Virus record (IMG/VR): IMGVR_UViG_3300028886_000045
From: a virus
Taxonomy: Duplodnaviria; Caudoviricetes
Direction: 5' to 3' (one strand)
Length of the DNA: 64,000 bases
The position numbers were made by a program, and so were the translations under genes. Below the pieces are notes generated by a model. It was not told the origin of the DNA. It did no database searches and saw only the letters and a list, made by a program, of their open reading frames with translations. Positions 36,767 through 47,793 of this stretch are shown piece after piece. How positions within the stretch are numbered: position 1 is the stretch's first letter; every line of letters begins with the position of its first letter.

Positions 36767-38515
36767 CTAACTCAGTGGATAAACAACTGCTTCATTATAC
36801 TTAACTATATCAATAGGCTCGTATGTCTTTCCGCTATCCCCCTTTGTGATACCGAAAGAGATTGTCTTGTAGAAAACGCGCTTTGAATTGTCGAGATACG
36901 TTGTGCCATTTGACCTAATGTTATCCGCAACAAGTACACCCTTTATCTGTGCGTCCAAACAATGTATGTCACCCTTTACAAACTTGCTGTTATATATCGC
37001 GCAAATATCGGCTATGTTTGAACCCTCTGCGACCACCGCGCCATTAAGGAACAATTCAGCACCCGCGCCACCATCGCCTTGTGCGCCACCCAAATACTTT
37101 ATGTAGTCTGCATTGCAACCGATATATATGTCTTTGCCATAGATGCCGTACTTTCCGCAATTCTTGACCAATAGCACGCCCTTTGAATCGTTCAAAGTAA
37201 CCTCATCGCCTACCACGCCACTACCCTTTGATGTAATACACAGATACGCGCCATTCTTGAACTCAATGCTAATGTTACTTGCTGAATTTATCGCGTCTGC
37301 CTCCGTGTCTGACACAATGTAGTTATCCGTGTCCTTTTCGGCTGTTACTTGCAGTTTCTTCTTTGTAGGTGTGTATTGGATTGAACCTTTGATGTAAGCA
37401 CCATTCAAAGAAATATCCGTGCTTTGTATCGTAGCCTTGATAACACCCTCTACATATCCCACGACCTTTGCAAACTTCGTAGTCAAAGTGTATATGCCGT
37501 TTGTTGGCGTAATGTTCGCCTCGCCCGTTTCCATTCCTTCATCATCATAGCACAACACCGCCCCACTTGGTTGTGTCGAATACCCTCCGTTGGAATTGTC
37601 TTGAACCGCGCCACCGAACTTAACCTTTGGGTCTATCCTTACCATGTTAGCGGAAACATTCGTTGCATCCGTGCGTACTGAATAATTATCGCCAAAGAAA
37701 TAACCCTCGGTCTTTGAATCAAACACGTTTTGGTGTATGTTGTGCGCCTCGAACTGCCCACCGAACACCTTGATTTTACCGCTCGTTCCCGTACCTACCG
37801 CGTCATTCGCCTTTGCAAAGTAGAAACTACCGCCATCAATGTATGCCGTATTGCCACCGTGTATGCCATCGTGGGAGGTTTCTGAATATATGTGTGGTCT
37901 GCCACTTATGCGTATGTCCGCGCCCCTTAATCCGTGACCGCCATTATTCTTGACTACCAAGTAACCACAGCCTTGCACTACCATGTTTTGCGCTGAACGT
38001 ATGCACGCGCCTTGATTGTCGGCTATGGCTTGTGTATAGGTACAAACCACGGTGTTTACTTTGTTCTTTGCCAAAGTAACGTACATTGTCTGACTTTCTG
38101 ACGCATAGAAAATGCCATTTGCCAAAGCACCGCTTTCTACAATAGTAACACCATCAAGTATAACGTGCGTGTCATCCGTGATAACTACCTTTCCAACCTT
38201 TTCCTCAGTTGTCATTTTGTTATACACTTTTTGCGAAACCTCGTTTTCGTTACCAATTACGACCTTTCCGTTTAACACGCCACTAAATACATACGTTGCT
38301 TGTGAATTAAGCGAAATTACGCCATTTACAGGGACTGCCTTCGTGCCGTTTACATAGAAATCGCCACTTGTAGCAATATTTCCGTTTGCGCTTGAAACAA
38401 GTGCGTTTATCTTCGCTTGTATCGTTGAAAACAAACCATTCCATTCCGTAGCCGTAAGGGTGCTCCCATTGGCTTTCCCCAACCAAGCCGATAAATCAAT
38501 ATTTGAAATTGCCAT
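36767..38515 (-). CDS. Cthe_2159 / DUF4353-like carbohydrate-binding beta-helix protein
   Basis: HVILDGVTI...GHGL...DGIHG...IDGG repeats, two lobes. Confidence 0.75.
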   Translation of the reverse strand: MAISNIDLSAWLGKANGSTLTATEWNGLFSTIQAKINALVSSANGNIATSGDFYVNGTKAVPVNGVISLNSQATYVFSGVLNGKVVIGNENEVSQKVYNKMTTEEKVGKVVITDDTHVILDGVTIVESGALANGIFYASESQTMYVTLAKNKVNTVVCTYTQAIADNQGACIRSAQNMVVQGCGYLVVKNNGGHGLRGADIRISGRPHIYSETSHDGIHGGNTAYIDGGSFYFAKANDAVGTGTSGKIKVFGGQFEAHNIHQNVFDSKTEGYFFGDNYSVRTDATNVSANMVRIDPKVKFGGAVQDNSNGGYSTQPSGAVLCYDDEGMETGEANITPTNGIYTLTTKFAKVVGYVEGVIKATIQSTDISLNGAYIKGSIQYTPTKKKLQVTAEKDTDNYIVSDTEADAINSASNISIEFKNGAYLCITSKGSGVVGDEVTLNDSKGVLLVKNCGKYGIYGKDIYIGCNADYIKYLGGAQGDGGAGAELFLNGAVVAEGSNIADICAIYNSKFVKGDIHCLDAQIKGVLVADNIRSNGTTYLDNSKRVFYKTISFGITKGDSGKTYEPIDIVKYNEAVVYPLS

Positions 38516-38533
38516 ATTTCCTAATTCTAATAT

Positions 38534-38803
38534 TTACGAAAAAACAATAGGAAAAACACCACCGAAAGCAAACGCTTCATTGTCATTGGCGTAATTTTCC
38601 GTTACATTCAGTATATACCCTTCATGCGTTCTGCAAAATTCCAAGTATGCGGATGCGTCTGCCAATAGCGCATCCCATTCCCTTTGTTGCATTGTTATGA
38701 CATTACCACCCTCCATAAGCCGATTAACGGCTTCATTCGTGGAGTTCCACATACTCGCCAATATAGGGTCTCCGTTTCTGTAATCTGTCTTTAACTTCTC
38801 CAT
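38534..38803 (-). CDS. Small tail-associated protein
   Basis: GD.ILASMWN...FGGVFPIVFS; TATCTTTG box at 38838-38845. Confidence 0.7.
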   Translation of the reverse strand: MEKLKTDYRNGDPILASMWNSTNEAVNRLMEGGNVITMQQREWDALLADASAYLEFCRTHEGYILNVTENYANDNEAFAFGGVFPIVFS

Positions 38804-38913
38804 TTGCCCCTAATTTTCATTAACTGCGAAACACTTGCAAAGATACTAAAATATACTTTAACTAATCGTTATGAACACATTAATATCTTCACTTGCACAC
38901 ATAATGAATATAA

Positions 38914-39099
38914 TCAATCCCTCGATTTTACAAACCCTTCTAATTGGCTTTGTATGCTATCCAATTCCGTTTTGATTATATCAATTCGTTTACGCATTTC
39001 TTCGTACTCTTTCAAGCCGTGTAGTTCTTCTTCTAAGTTATGCAATCCGTCCCCCTTTCGAGGGATGGACTGCCTTGTAGGTACTATCTTTTTCATCAT
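38914..39099 (-). CDS. Small hypothetical protein
   Basis: ATGA overlap with upstream tail gene. Confidence 0.45.
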   Translation of the reverse strand: MMKKIVPTRQSIPRKGDGLHNLEEELHGLKEYEEMRKRIDIIKTELDSIQSQLEGFVKSRD

Positions 39100-42000
39100 G
39101 TCAAACTATATTTGTAAGATTCTGAAACTGGCATCCAAAATGGTAGGTAATTTCCGTCTGCAAGTTCAATACAAATTTTAATAGAATCCGTTACCAAATT
39201 TCCATTTTCACTATCCATATACACCTTTGCGCTCATTCCCTTGTATGACAATAAGACTTCTTGCCATGTCTCATTTCCCGAGATAGGTGACATTCCTGCA
39301 CTTGAATCATAAAACCTATAAGAATACTCATTTCCCATACTGACTTTTGCCTTATTAGTCATTATTATATCAATAGGCACGAAATCACTCGCATTTTCTA
39401 CGTTCCATACGAGGCATTCTTCTTTATAAGTCGTATTTTTAATCTTTACCTTTTGAATAGAAGACGTAAGAGAAAGTGACTGCCCCGGCGGTAAAAGGAT
39501 AAATCTTGTTAGAATACCCCTACATGAGAAACGCCCATGACAATTATTCCCTTCTGTCAAAGCAGCCCCTCCGCCCCAAGGATGGCTTGGGTCTTTGATG
39601 CCGTTTCGCGACTCACCCAAAACAAGTGTATAAGGGTCTGCGCAAACAAGGGTAGAATGTTTGAAAAGCGTCCCTACTTGTGCTTGTACGCTATTCCAAT
39701 TTTCAAGGTTAAGCGATGCCCAATTAAGAACTTCCATGCAAGGTTCTGTCTGTATCTTAAACGTAGTACCCGAAATTGGATAACCGAAAACCTTGAAATT
39801 AGAATTTTCGTCTCTGAAATCTTCCAACATCGGCAATACCACCATTCTTGATATACCATCTTGCATATCCGCAAGGACGATTGACTTCAAGTTTTTGGCA
39901 TTAACAATCACCGTCTTGTTTTCTTGTGTCCCTTCTATATATTCAGAATCAGATGTTATCGTTCCCCTTATCGTAACATTTACCAAATCCGCGTCTTCAA
40001 TCTTACCACGCTCCGCGAAAAGTACCTTTGTAGCCACAAAGTCGCTAACTTGTGACTTCTGCCAATACGTTCCTTCGGGTGCAACAGCCGAATTTGTCTG
40101 ATAAGCGGTATTGTCGGGGTCTCTGTTACTATTCGAGCGTCTGCACAGATAAAAAGTCGTTACACCATTAACCGTGCGCATAACCATATCTTGATACAAC
40201 TCATTATCAGCACCGCCCATGTAGGTTGTATCTTTATTCCACAAAGATGGGCCGCGCAAAATCGCCCCACGAATACCCCTTTGTCCCAAACCTTTCCTAT
40301 CTGCCTCGCTTAACTGCCAATCCGTAGCCTTTTCGCCAATTTCAAGTTTCGGCATAGCGATATAGTAGTATTCGCCATCTTTTTGGCAAATAAACCTTAC
40401 CCTTGCTTTTATAGTGCTATTTGAAGGCGCATAGAAAGTTAAAGTATAGCGTTTCCACTTGGAACTAAAGTTAAACTTTCCATAAGGCGTTTGTCCATTT
40501 TCTTTCACTAACGCCCCACTTTCAGTTACACAAACAGATACGACATTTTGCAAGCGTTGAACGTAGGTAGATTCTACACCTTGGATTTCGGCTTTGAAAC
40601 AGTCTTTACCGCCACTACCCTTTGCCCAAAAAGATAGTGTGTACCAATTACCGCCATTAAGCGTAACCTCATGGCTCGCCATTGTAATAGAAGCGTTTTC
40701 TATATCGTGATATAAGTACAAAGCCGTATGCCCTTGGAAATACTCCTCCTCTGTGGTTGAATCCGCGTGCTTTGTCCACGAATTGCCGAAAAGTCCACAT
40801 TCTGACAAAAGATTTTGACCTTGTGGTATCTTATCCTCTGCCAATCCGCTAAATGCTGTGCTTATTCCTGCTATATCCTCGGCATATTCAACCTTGAACC
40901 TACTGAACGTAACCAACCCTTGCAAAGCACCGCTCGTTGGCGTGATTCGTATGCCTATGGTGTTGTTTACAATCAATCCCTTTACTGCTACTTCTGTTTC
41001 GGTACTTGCAACTACCCTTACATTGTTTGGGGTAGAGTTGTTGATATTCACCGTCACATCGCTTGTCTTGGGAACTTTCACCATAAAGGAAACCGCATAC
41101 ATCTTACCTTGCATAAGATTTGGCACAACAATATTCATCGAGCACACATTCATACCCGAAGCCGCGTTTGTGTTGTTTGCATAGGCACAAAATCCGTCAC
41201 TCGTATGCACCAACGTACCGAATCCCATACCATTTACAAGTTCGGATTCATAGCCGAAAAGATTTGGTTGCACGCCATCCGCGCCATTGCTACCCTTTAC
41301 TGCTGAAATATGGTAATGCACATCCTTATCGAAATCCCTACCATTCGCGGTTTTGGTTGTATATACCGTGGTTGTTCTATTCCATTGATAAGGATTTCCC
41401 TCGTTAGGCGTTGCGTCTGCTTGCTCGTCCGTCCAATCCGTTTCCACAATATCAGACGGATAATCCCTACCCTCGCCTGCCTCACTATTGGCACTTATCG
41501 CGTATTCTTCTATGATATACTGAATACCCTTTGCATTGTTACCTATACACAAAGGCGAGGTCACATACCTATTACCCGAAGAATCCAACGAAATCTCAAA
41601 ATTCCACAGATAAGGTTTCTTGCTATATTCTTCTGCCGTTGGCTTGATACCCTCTTTCCAAATCGTTTTGTCTATGGTCATCTGTGCGCCATTAGGGTAC
41701 TTAGCAACACCCTTTTCAAACGTGACAGAATTAGGGAAACCGCTTGGTGGTGTCGTAGCATTGTCACCTACTGCATAGTACTCCTCCATGCCCGCGTAAT
41801 ACGAACCCTTTCCGTTCTGTGTGCGTGTATAAGAGCGCACAGGATTTTTGCCCGCGTCATATACTATTGACGTGCGCACATAAAGCCAATAATCCTCTAT
41901 CAACGTAGGGCAATCTTCCAACCACGTTTTTTGTTCCAACTGCTCCGTTGTAAGCGTACCGCTTGCGTCTTGATAGTAATCTACTTGCACATTGTAGATA

Positions 42001-45000
42001 CCATCGCCATCAATACCCACACGGCTTACTGAATACAAATCCGAAGGCTCGCCCGAACTATATTCTATATGCGTCCAAGTCCACATATATTTTCCGTCCA
42101 CGACTTGAGGCATTTCCGATTGAAACGCGCTGTTGTTTGGTCTTTCCCCCGTATCAGTCAAAGCGTACTTAATCGTTGTCTTACCCAAACTTTTACCTAC
42201 ACGGCTAACCGTGTAAACATCCGTTGGCTCACCTGCGCTATATTCCGTGTGCGTCCAACTCCAAAGAAACTGCCCATCATTCACTATCGGCATATTCTTC
42301 GTGAATTGGTTTGCGTTAGGTCTGTGTGCTTCATCTCCGTATTCACTTACGGCATACTTCACAGAACTTGAAACCGTTAGCACGTTACCCTCTTTGATAA
42401 TGCTAACCGAAACCTTACCCGTCAAGAACGCAAACATTGATTCACCAAACTCAATGTTCCCCAACATAGAATCGGGGTTATACAGATAGAACTCTATCGT
42501 TTCGTCATCTTCATTAATCGTCACACTTCGACTTGGTGTCGGTATAGGAAATTCTTGGTTACGACCTATGTAAACCTGTCTTTCCTCTTCGGTAACGTAT
42601 TCGGGCGCACTTTCACCCACTTGCTTAATGACATCACACGTTATTACCCTTACGTTTGGATTTCCCTCTGCGTCACGGATAACTTGTGATACACTTGGAA
42701 TAATCGTATAGTTTACGACTGAACCAACCTCGAAAACCTTGCTCCATTCGCTGTTTCCGCTTGCGTCAGGTGCTTTGGTGCTTGCAACAGAAGCCAAACA
42801 TTGCCATTTTGCATCCTTATAGAAAACCGTGTCATAGGTGGTATCTGTAACCACATAAGGGTCACTACTGCCCGCAACTTCTGCTGACCAATTACCCCTA
42901 TTCCTTTCCAACTTAATAACTTGACCCTTGTAATCTATGTAATGCACATCTTGTAAGAACGCGCCACGGCAATACAAATAAGGCTGTGTCTCGTCCATTG
43001 AATAACCCTTGAAAGACGAAAGGTTAAAAGGCAAACCAAAGAAGGCGGCGTAGTTGTCCTCATCCAATATAGGCTTATCCACACCATCCAACATAGTTAT
43101 ACGCTTTTCGTAAGAGGAAATGTACCAAGAGGATTGTCTTGTGTTTATCCACCTGTTCCCCTTTGCCACGATAAAGGACTTGTAATCGTTGTTGTTGTGG
43201 CTTTCTTCTGACGGATAGACATTGTTTCCCCACCTATTCAGCATAAGCAACTCCGTAGGCGCATAGTTCTTACCCGATGGAACGCCTAAGTTGTTCTTCA
43301 CCTTTTCGCCATCCAACAGATAATAATCCTCTTCGTTCACCACCGTACCCTCGAAATCTTCTTTCAGCACATAAGGCGGTGCGATAAAATATGACACTTG
43401 CGGTATATCGTTTCCGTTTATATCCTTTTCATAGACGATATTTCCGCTTTCGTCTTTCATATACACGGGTCTGTCTGAACCATAAGCCATTACATCTATA
43501 TAGTTCTCGCCATTTTCACCCATTTCTGCCTTTACATCCGTAACATAGTAGAAACAAGTGAAATACTGACCGCCTCCCAATTCTGCAAGGTTGTTTACCA
43601 CACCCCTTAACACATCACCCTTTCGGAAAGCGTTATAGTCGGTTTCTGAACGCTTTTTAAGATAGCACCTATACGCGCCCGTATTCGGCAAACTTACGAC
43701 CTTATCCACCGTGCCACTTTCTGTATATACGGTGTCACCCTCTTGTGCGCTAAGTCTGTTATATACCAATTCCAACACCTTTAGGGATGAGCGGATTTCC
43801 GCGCTTTCAATCTGCAAGTTACCATTTTCATCCAACTGCCAACCGCGCCCAAAATCCATTGAATTGATAAACACCTTTGAACGGAGAGCCTTTGCAAATT
43901 CCACATAGTTCCCAAAGCGTGCCTTTCCTTGTGCGTTCAATTCACCCTTTACGTTGGTGTCGTTTACTTCTGTCATACCGATTGCCTTTAATCCCTCGGC
44001 AAACGTAATGATACCCTCAGCAACATCATCATCCAAAGCGTTCAAGAATTGCCTTTGACTTCGCAAAGCGGAATATACGTTGCTATCGCTTGGTGCTGTC
44101 GAGTCGTGGTCTTTGATAACGTAGAAATTACCACCGCCATTGCTTACGGTAACGCTTGCACCATTCATTTTAAGGCTTTCAATCTGTTCGGAAAGTGCCT
44201 TTAGCGTTGAATATGCTGAACTTTCGCCTAACGTGTACCTTGGTGCGTCAAACGGAAAGTCCAACTTGCACTCCATACCAATGACACGCGAATATCTATA
44301 TCCCTCCTTGAAGAAAGCACTATCATTCAGCCTTACCCTATGTCCCAACTGAAACAAAGGCAAAGTTTCCGCGTCCGAATATCCTTGCATCTGCCTTTGC
44401 AATACTTCCATAGGATTCTCGCACACCATAGCATTGACATCAAAAGTCCTATCATCAACCTTTGATTTTGCCATGTACTTCTTCATTTCAATAGCCAACT
44501 CTTCCTCTGCCATTGTCAAAAGTTGGTCTCCTACCAAATCCGTATCAAAATTGAAGAATACAAGTTTGTCACCTTTTTGTGGGTACAACACATCATCGGG
44601 GATTGGTCTGCCATAATCCTCGTTCCTTACAATCTCGAAAATCTGTGAATCTTCTGACTTTTCAGTTCGCGCGTTAGGGTTAAACAGCACCTCGAAAGTC
44701 ATGCCGTTCAACTTACCTGACAAGAACTTGCACGACAAAGTTTTGCCATTCAGTATATAGTCTTTGTAGAAATGGAAAGTACCGTTTGGAAACTTCGTTT
44801 GGTCAACGGCTACCCTAAGTTGGTACGCATTCCAAGGGGTCTTGACCTTTTCGCCATTGGATAGTTTCTCCTCGTCATACTTTACCTTTGTCGCAATTTC
44901 ATCTACCAAAAGTTCCTGTCGTGGGAAAATATCGTCATTTGCAACAACGGCTTCAATGATTTCACTTTCGGGTAGATTCTCCTCCGCGTCTATGTTATTG

Positions 45001-46700
45001 TATGGGTATTCAGCCGTTTCGGGCAACATAAGGCGTGTGGCAACAACACCATTTTGCACCACATCATTCCCATAGTTCTTTGAATAGTAAGATGATTTAA
45101 TCTTACCCTTGTTAATATTTGTCATTGTGTAGATGTCACCGCTTTGCAATCCTACACAATCAAATACCAACTTGTCCATATTGTCACCCTTTGGGGTAGC
45201 CGTTGCTGAAATCGTCTGCCCTTTCAACGTACCCGACAATACGTTAATATCCGTATTCACCGTTACATCGCTAAACACGGCATTCAATCCGTTTGTCGTA
45301 ATCGTCAAGTCGTGCTCCGTATCATCCAAGTTGTCTATGTCAAGCACCAAGTACAATCCCGTGCCTACGTTCCCATCGAATGATACCAACCCATCAAACG
45401 TAATACCTAAGATTGCGGTCTTTTCGTTTGTAAGCGTTACAGAATCAAACACCAACCTTTGCCCCTCGTTGTTATTTTCAATGTCCTCTTGTGTTCTGAA
45501 AAACAACGTAGCGGAAACAAAAAGATTTACGTTTTGCGTGCAACTGACCATGACCCTACCGTTGTCAATAGTCATTGCATACACGCCTTTTTGCGCCCTT
45601 GCGTTTCCGTTCTTTGGGAAATAGTAATCTGTCGAAGCAACGCCCTCACCATTCTTTGAAACGCGCATTTTGCCATTATACAAAACGCCATCCACCTTAC
45701 CCTTGCTGTATTCGCTTGTTTCGCCTTTCGTTCCATTCAGAATGTCAGTCCAACGCTCCTTTAGCGAATATGAAAGGTTTACGATTTCAGACGGAAAGTT
45801 AAGGGTTTCCGTATTCAAATCATCAAGCGTTAGTGTTGAGTACTTGAAGAAAGAAGGTGTTAGTGGTCTTGTGTGGTCTATCGCCTTATCATCTACCCCC
45901 GTACTAAATTCCAATTTCTTTCTATACCACGAAGGTATGTTCTTTTCAGAACCGAAACAATAGATACGGGTAGCATAGGTATTCTTAGAACCCGAAGACG
46001 AAATGCCCGACAAGTTCCTACCCTCTTCCAAAACAACACAATCCTCATCCCTTGTTTCCAATTCACACCTTCCGAAATGGATAACGCTATCATCCACCCA
46101 CCACTCGCATTTCCACGCTTGCGCAATAGTCGTTAAGGCACTATAAAGGCTTACGCTATCAAACGAAATAGCCTTTGCCTCCTCATAGTCAATTTCTTGT
46201 GTTGCAAACGTAGAAATTTGGTATGTATAATCTGTAAAGGTGTCCTCACCATTGACAACAGAATGAAAGCGATAACCATACTTTTTAAGGTTATCCACGA
46301 ACAACTGCACGAAAATTTCCAAACGTGCGCTCAAAGTCCATGATGCTTCACGCGAACCATAAACGGGGGAATATTTGTAAAGCCTATTCTTCCATTCAAC
46401 ATAGTACCTATCCATGCGCAACTCGTATTTATACACGTTACCCTCGCGCCTTGGATTCTGTTGTTCTGTTACGATATATTTGCCTGCTACATAGGACGGT
46501 TGCAGTATCTTATCGCCTATAAAGCAATAAGAACCAATAGGAAAATATATCGCCTCCGTCAAGTTGAAAACCAACTGAATATAATCATCCCCCATCAGTT
46601 TTGCAACCCTTACGGAATTTGGCGTAATAGGTACAACCACATCGGAGAAACCGCGCCCCCTATGTATTGTAATTTCAGAAGAATAACCTTGCAAATCCAT
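39096..46700 (-). CDS. Large minor tail / host-specificity (Tal-like) protein
   Basis: 2534 aa after the Dit-like genes; LMGDDYIQL.F, ATRIYCFGSEKNIP, CBM-like C-terminal domains. Confidence 0.85.
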   Translation of the reverse strand: MDLQGYSSEITIHRGRGFSDVVVPITPNSVRVAKLMGDDYIQLVFNLTEAIYFPIGSYCFIGDKILQPSYVAGKYIVTEQQNPRREGNVYKYELRMDRYYVEWKNRLYKYSPVYGSREASWTLSARLEIFVQLFVDNLKKYGYRFHSVVNGEDTFTDYTYQISTFATQEIDYEEAKAISFDSVSLYSALTTIAQAWKCEWWVDDSVIHFGRCELETRDEDCVVLEEGRNLSGISSSGSKNTYATRIYCFGSEKNIPSWYRKKLEFSTGVDDKAIDHTRPLTPSFFKYSTLTLDDLNTETLNFPSEIVNLSYSLKERWTDILNGTKGETSEYSKGKVDGVLYNGKMRVSKNGEGVASTDYYFPKNGNARAQKGVYAMTIDNGRVMVSCTQNVNLFVSATLFFRTQEDIENNNEGQRLVFDSVTLTNEKTAILGITFDGLVSFDGNVGTGLYLVLDIDNLDDTEHDLTITTNGLNAVFSDVTVNTDINVLSGTLKGQTISATATPKGDNMDKLVFDCVGLQSGDIYTMTNINKGKIKSSYYSKNYGNDVVQNGVVATRLMLPETAEYPYNNIDAEENLPESEIIEAVVANDDIFPRQELLVDEIATKVKYDEEKLSNGEKVKTPWNAYQLRVAVDQTKFPNGTFHFYKDYILNGKTLSCKFLSGKLNGMTFEVLFNPNARTEKSEDSQIFEIVRNEDYGRPIPDDVLYPQKGDKLVFFNFDTDLVGDQLLTMAEEELAIEMKKYMAKSKVDDRTFDVNAMVCENPMEVLQRQMQGYSDAETLPLFQLGHRVRLNDSAFFKEGYRYSRVIGMECKLDFPFDAPRYTLGESSAYSTLKALSEQIESLKMNGASVTVSNGGGNFYVIKDHDSTAPSDSNVYSALRSQRQFLNALDDDVAEGIITFAEGLKAIGMTEVNDTNVKGELNAQGKARFGNYVEFAKALRSKVFINSMDFGRGWQLDENGNLQIESAEIRSSLKVLELVYNRLSAQEGDTVYTESGTVDKVVSLPNTGAYRCYLKKRSETDYNAFRKGDVLRGVVNNLAELGGGQYFTCFYYVTDVKAEMGENGENYIDVMAYGSDRPVYMKDESGNIVYEKDINGNDIPQVSYFIAPPYVLKEDFEGTVVNEEDYYLLDGEKVKNNLGVPSGKNYAPTELLMLNRWGNNVYPSEESHNNNDYKSFIVAKGNRWINTRQSSWYISSYEKRITMLDGVDKPILDEDNYAAFFGLPFNLSSFKGYSMDETQPYLYCRGAFLQDVHYIDYKGQVIKLERNRGNWSAEVAGSSDPYVVTDTTYDTVFYKDAKWQCLASVASTKAPDASGNSEWSKVFEVGSVVNYTIIPSVSQVIRDAEGNPNVRVITCDVIKQVGESAPEYVTEEERQVYIGRNQEFPIPTPSRSVTINEDDETIEFYLYNPDSMLGNIEFGESMFAFLTGKVSVSIIKEGNVLTVSSSVKYAVSEYGDEAHRPNANQFTKNMPIVNDGQFLWSWTHTEYSAGEPTDVYTVSRVGKSLGKTTIKYALTDTGERPNNSAFQSEMPQVVDGKYMWTWTHIEYSSGEPSDLYSVSRVGIDGDGIYNVQVDYYQDASGTLTTEQLEQKTWLEDCPTLIEDYWLYVRTSIVYDAGKNPVRSYTRTQNGKGSYYAGMEEYYAVGDNATTPPSGFPNSVTFEKGVAKYPNGAQMTIDKTIWKEGIKPTAEEYSKKPYLWNFEISLDSSGNRYVTSPLCIGNNAKGIQYIIEEYAISANSEAGEGRDYPSDIVETDWTDEQADATPNEGNPYQWNRTTTVYTTKTANGRDFDKDVHYHISAVKGSNGADGVQPNLFGYESELVNGMGFGTLVHTSDGFCAYANNTNAASGMNVCSMNIVVPNLMQGKMYAVSFMVKVPKTSDVTVNINNSTPNNVRVVASTETEVAVKGLIVNNTIGIRITPTSGALQGLVTFSRFKVEYAEDIAGISTAFSGLAEDKIPQGQNLLSECGLFGNSWTKHADSTTEEEYFQGHTALYLYHDIENASITMASHEVTLNGGNWYTLSFWAKGSGGKDCFKAEIQGVESTYVQRLQNVVSVCVTESGALVKENGQTPYGKFNFSSKWKRYTLTFYAPSNSTIKARVRFICQKDGEYYYIAMPKLEIGEKATDWQLSEADRKGLGQRGIRGAILRGPSLWNKDTTYMGGADNELYQDMVMRTVNGVTTFYLCRRSNSNRDPDNTAYQTNSAVAPEGTYWQKSQVSDFVATKVLFAERGKIEDADLVNVTIRGTITSDSEYIEGTQENKTVIVNAKNLKSIVLADMQDGISRMVVLPMLEDFRDENSNFKVFGYPISGTTFKIQTEPCMEVLNWASLNLENWNSVQAQVGTLFKHSTLVCADPYTLVLGESRNGIKDPSHPWGGGAALTEGNNCHGRFSCRGILTRFILLPPGQSLSLTSSIQKVKIKNTTYKEECLVWNVENASDFVPIDIIMTNKAKVSMGNEYSYRFYDSSAGMSPISGNETWQEVLLSYKGMSAKVYMDSENGNLVTDSIKICIELADGNYLPFWMPVSESYKYSLT
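41300..42370 (-). repeat. Internal ~55-aa repeats (YA...P...P...YLW.W...Y) in the tail protein
   Basis: e.g. GQFLWSWTHTEYSAGEPTDVYTVSRVG vs GKYMWTWTHIEYSSGEPSDLYSVSRVG. Confidence 0.7.
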
Positions 46701-46764
46701 AATATCTAATCTGTATTTATTTATCGTTTTTAATCAACTTTGTGAAAGTTTGCAACTTACGTTG

Positions 46765-46772
46765 CAAAGGTA
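46765..46772 (-). promoter_or_regulatory. -7 box re-starting tail transcription after the island
   Basis: TACCTTTG 65 nt upstream of ATG 46700. Confidence 0.6.
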
Positions 46773-46840
46773 CGAAAAAGGCACAAAAAAAATGGATGCA
46801 ATATGCACCCATTCTTTCACGTTGTAACGTAGTGAATAAA

Positions 46841-47257
46841 TCACTCCTTTTTATCGGTTTCCGCTTTCTTTATTTCGGCTAATTTCTTGTACTTCTTCTC
46901 GTCATAGAACTTATCAAACAAATCCGTCCAATCTATTTGTTCGTTCACAGAACGGCACGTTTGCTCAATCCTATCAAGTGACGCAATAATATCGCGAACC
47001 TTATCCGTCACAATTTCGTCAAACAACTCACGCGCTTTTGTCTTTATATTGTAATCTAACAAATCATCAAGCCGTGTCACAAACTTTTCAATGTTCAACT
47101 CACGCCCATTACAAGTTAGATGTATATCCAACTCGTCAGAACCGTTCTTTTGCAGTTCTTCGCTAATCGCCAAAGCATCGCCTTCTTCCATACTATGCAA
47201 TAGCATAAAAGCAACATCATTCTTTCGCGAATCAAAGTTTTCAACCTTAAACTTCAT
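46841..47257 (-). CDS. Hypothetical protein
   Basis: 138-aa ORF. Confidence 0.75.
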   Translation of the reverse strand: MKFKVENFDSRKNDVAFMLLHSMEEGDALAISEELQKNGSDELDIHLTCNGRELNIEKFVTRLDDLLDYNIKTKARELFDEIVTDKVRDIIASLDRIEQTCRSVNEQIDWTDLFDKFYDEKKYKKLAEIKKAETDKKE

Positions 47258-47277
47258 ATTGCTATATTTACAGATTA

Positions 47278-47565
47278 TTACTTTTTGTAAATCGGATATT
47301 CAACGATTGCCACACGCTTTCCACACCTTACGAGCCTTGGTAAATAGATGTCAAGTGCTGGTCGTGGGAAACAAAGGTATTTCATGCCATTCTTACGCTT
47401 TTTTTGCGTACACAACTTAATGACTTCTTTCACCTCCTTTATATCGTCTTCATAGACATCATAGAAATCATTATCCCTAAAAAGCATTATTACATTAGGG
47501 TTATCTTTCTTGAAATCTTCGTAATATTTCTTGATTGCGTTCTCGTTATTCTCCAAATTCTTCAT
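47278..47565 (-). CDS. Stand-alone MutS domain I-like protein
   Basis: Y..FK...P.VIMLFR.NDFYDVY.DD...FP..ALD.YL.RLV..GKRVAIVE. Confidence 0.85.
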   Translation of the reverse strand: MKNLENNENAIKKYYEDFKKDNPNVIMLFRDNDFYDVYEDDIKEVKEVIKLCTQKKRKNGMKYLCFPRPALDIYLPRLVRCGKRVAIVEYPIYKK

Positions 47566-47641
47566 ATTGCTTTTGGCTTTGTTATCCTCTCAGCCGTGAG
47601 TTCAAAGTTGTTATTTGTTTCTTATTTACATTGCAAAGGTA
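47566..47641 (-). promoter_or_regulatory. Conserved early leader copy 4 (pseudoknot 47575-47601)
   Basis: ACUC-AC-GGCU-GA-GAG-GAUAACAA-AGCC, 9 nt before AUG. Confidence 0.8.
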
Positions 47642-47728
47642 CTAATATTTTTTGACATATACAAATTTTTTGCCAATTTTTTTTCATAGGAATATAAAAA
47701 AATCCGTTTACTGCCATCCCCACAAAAC

Positions 47729-47760
47729 AAAAGGGGTGCTCGTCTTTCAACAAACACCCC
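47729..47760 (-). terminator. Rho-independent terminator
   Basis: GGGGTGTTTG...GAGCACCCC-TTTT. Confidence 0.65.
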
Positions 47761-47793
47761 ACACAACTAAACTTTTTTATATGTTATTTACTT

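Noticed and set aside
26819-46700. Diversity-generating retroelement targeting tail genes
   Set aside because: No reverse transcriptase and no TR/VR pair with adenine-specific mismatches seen in the window
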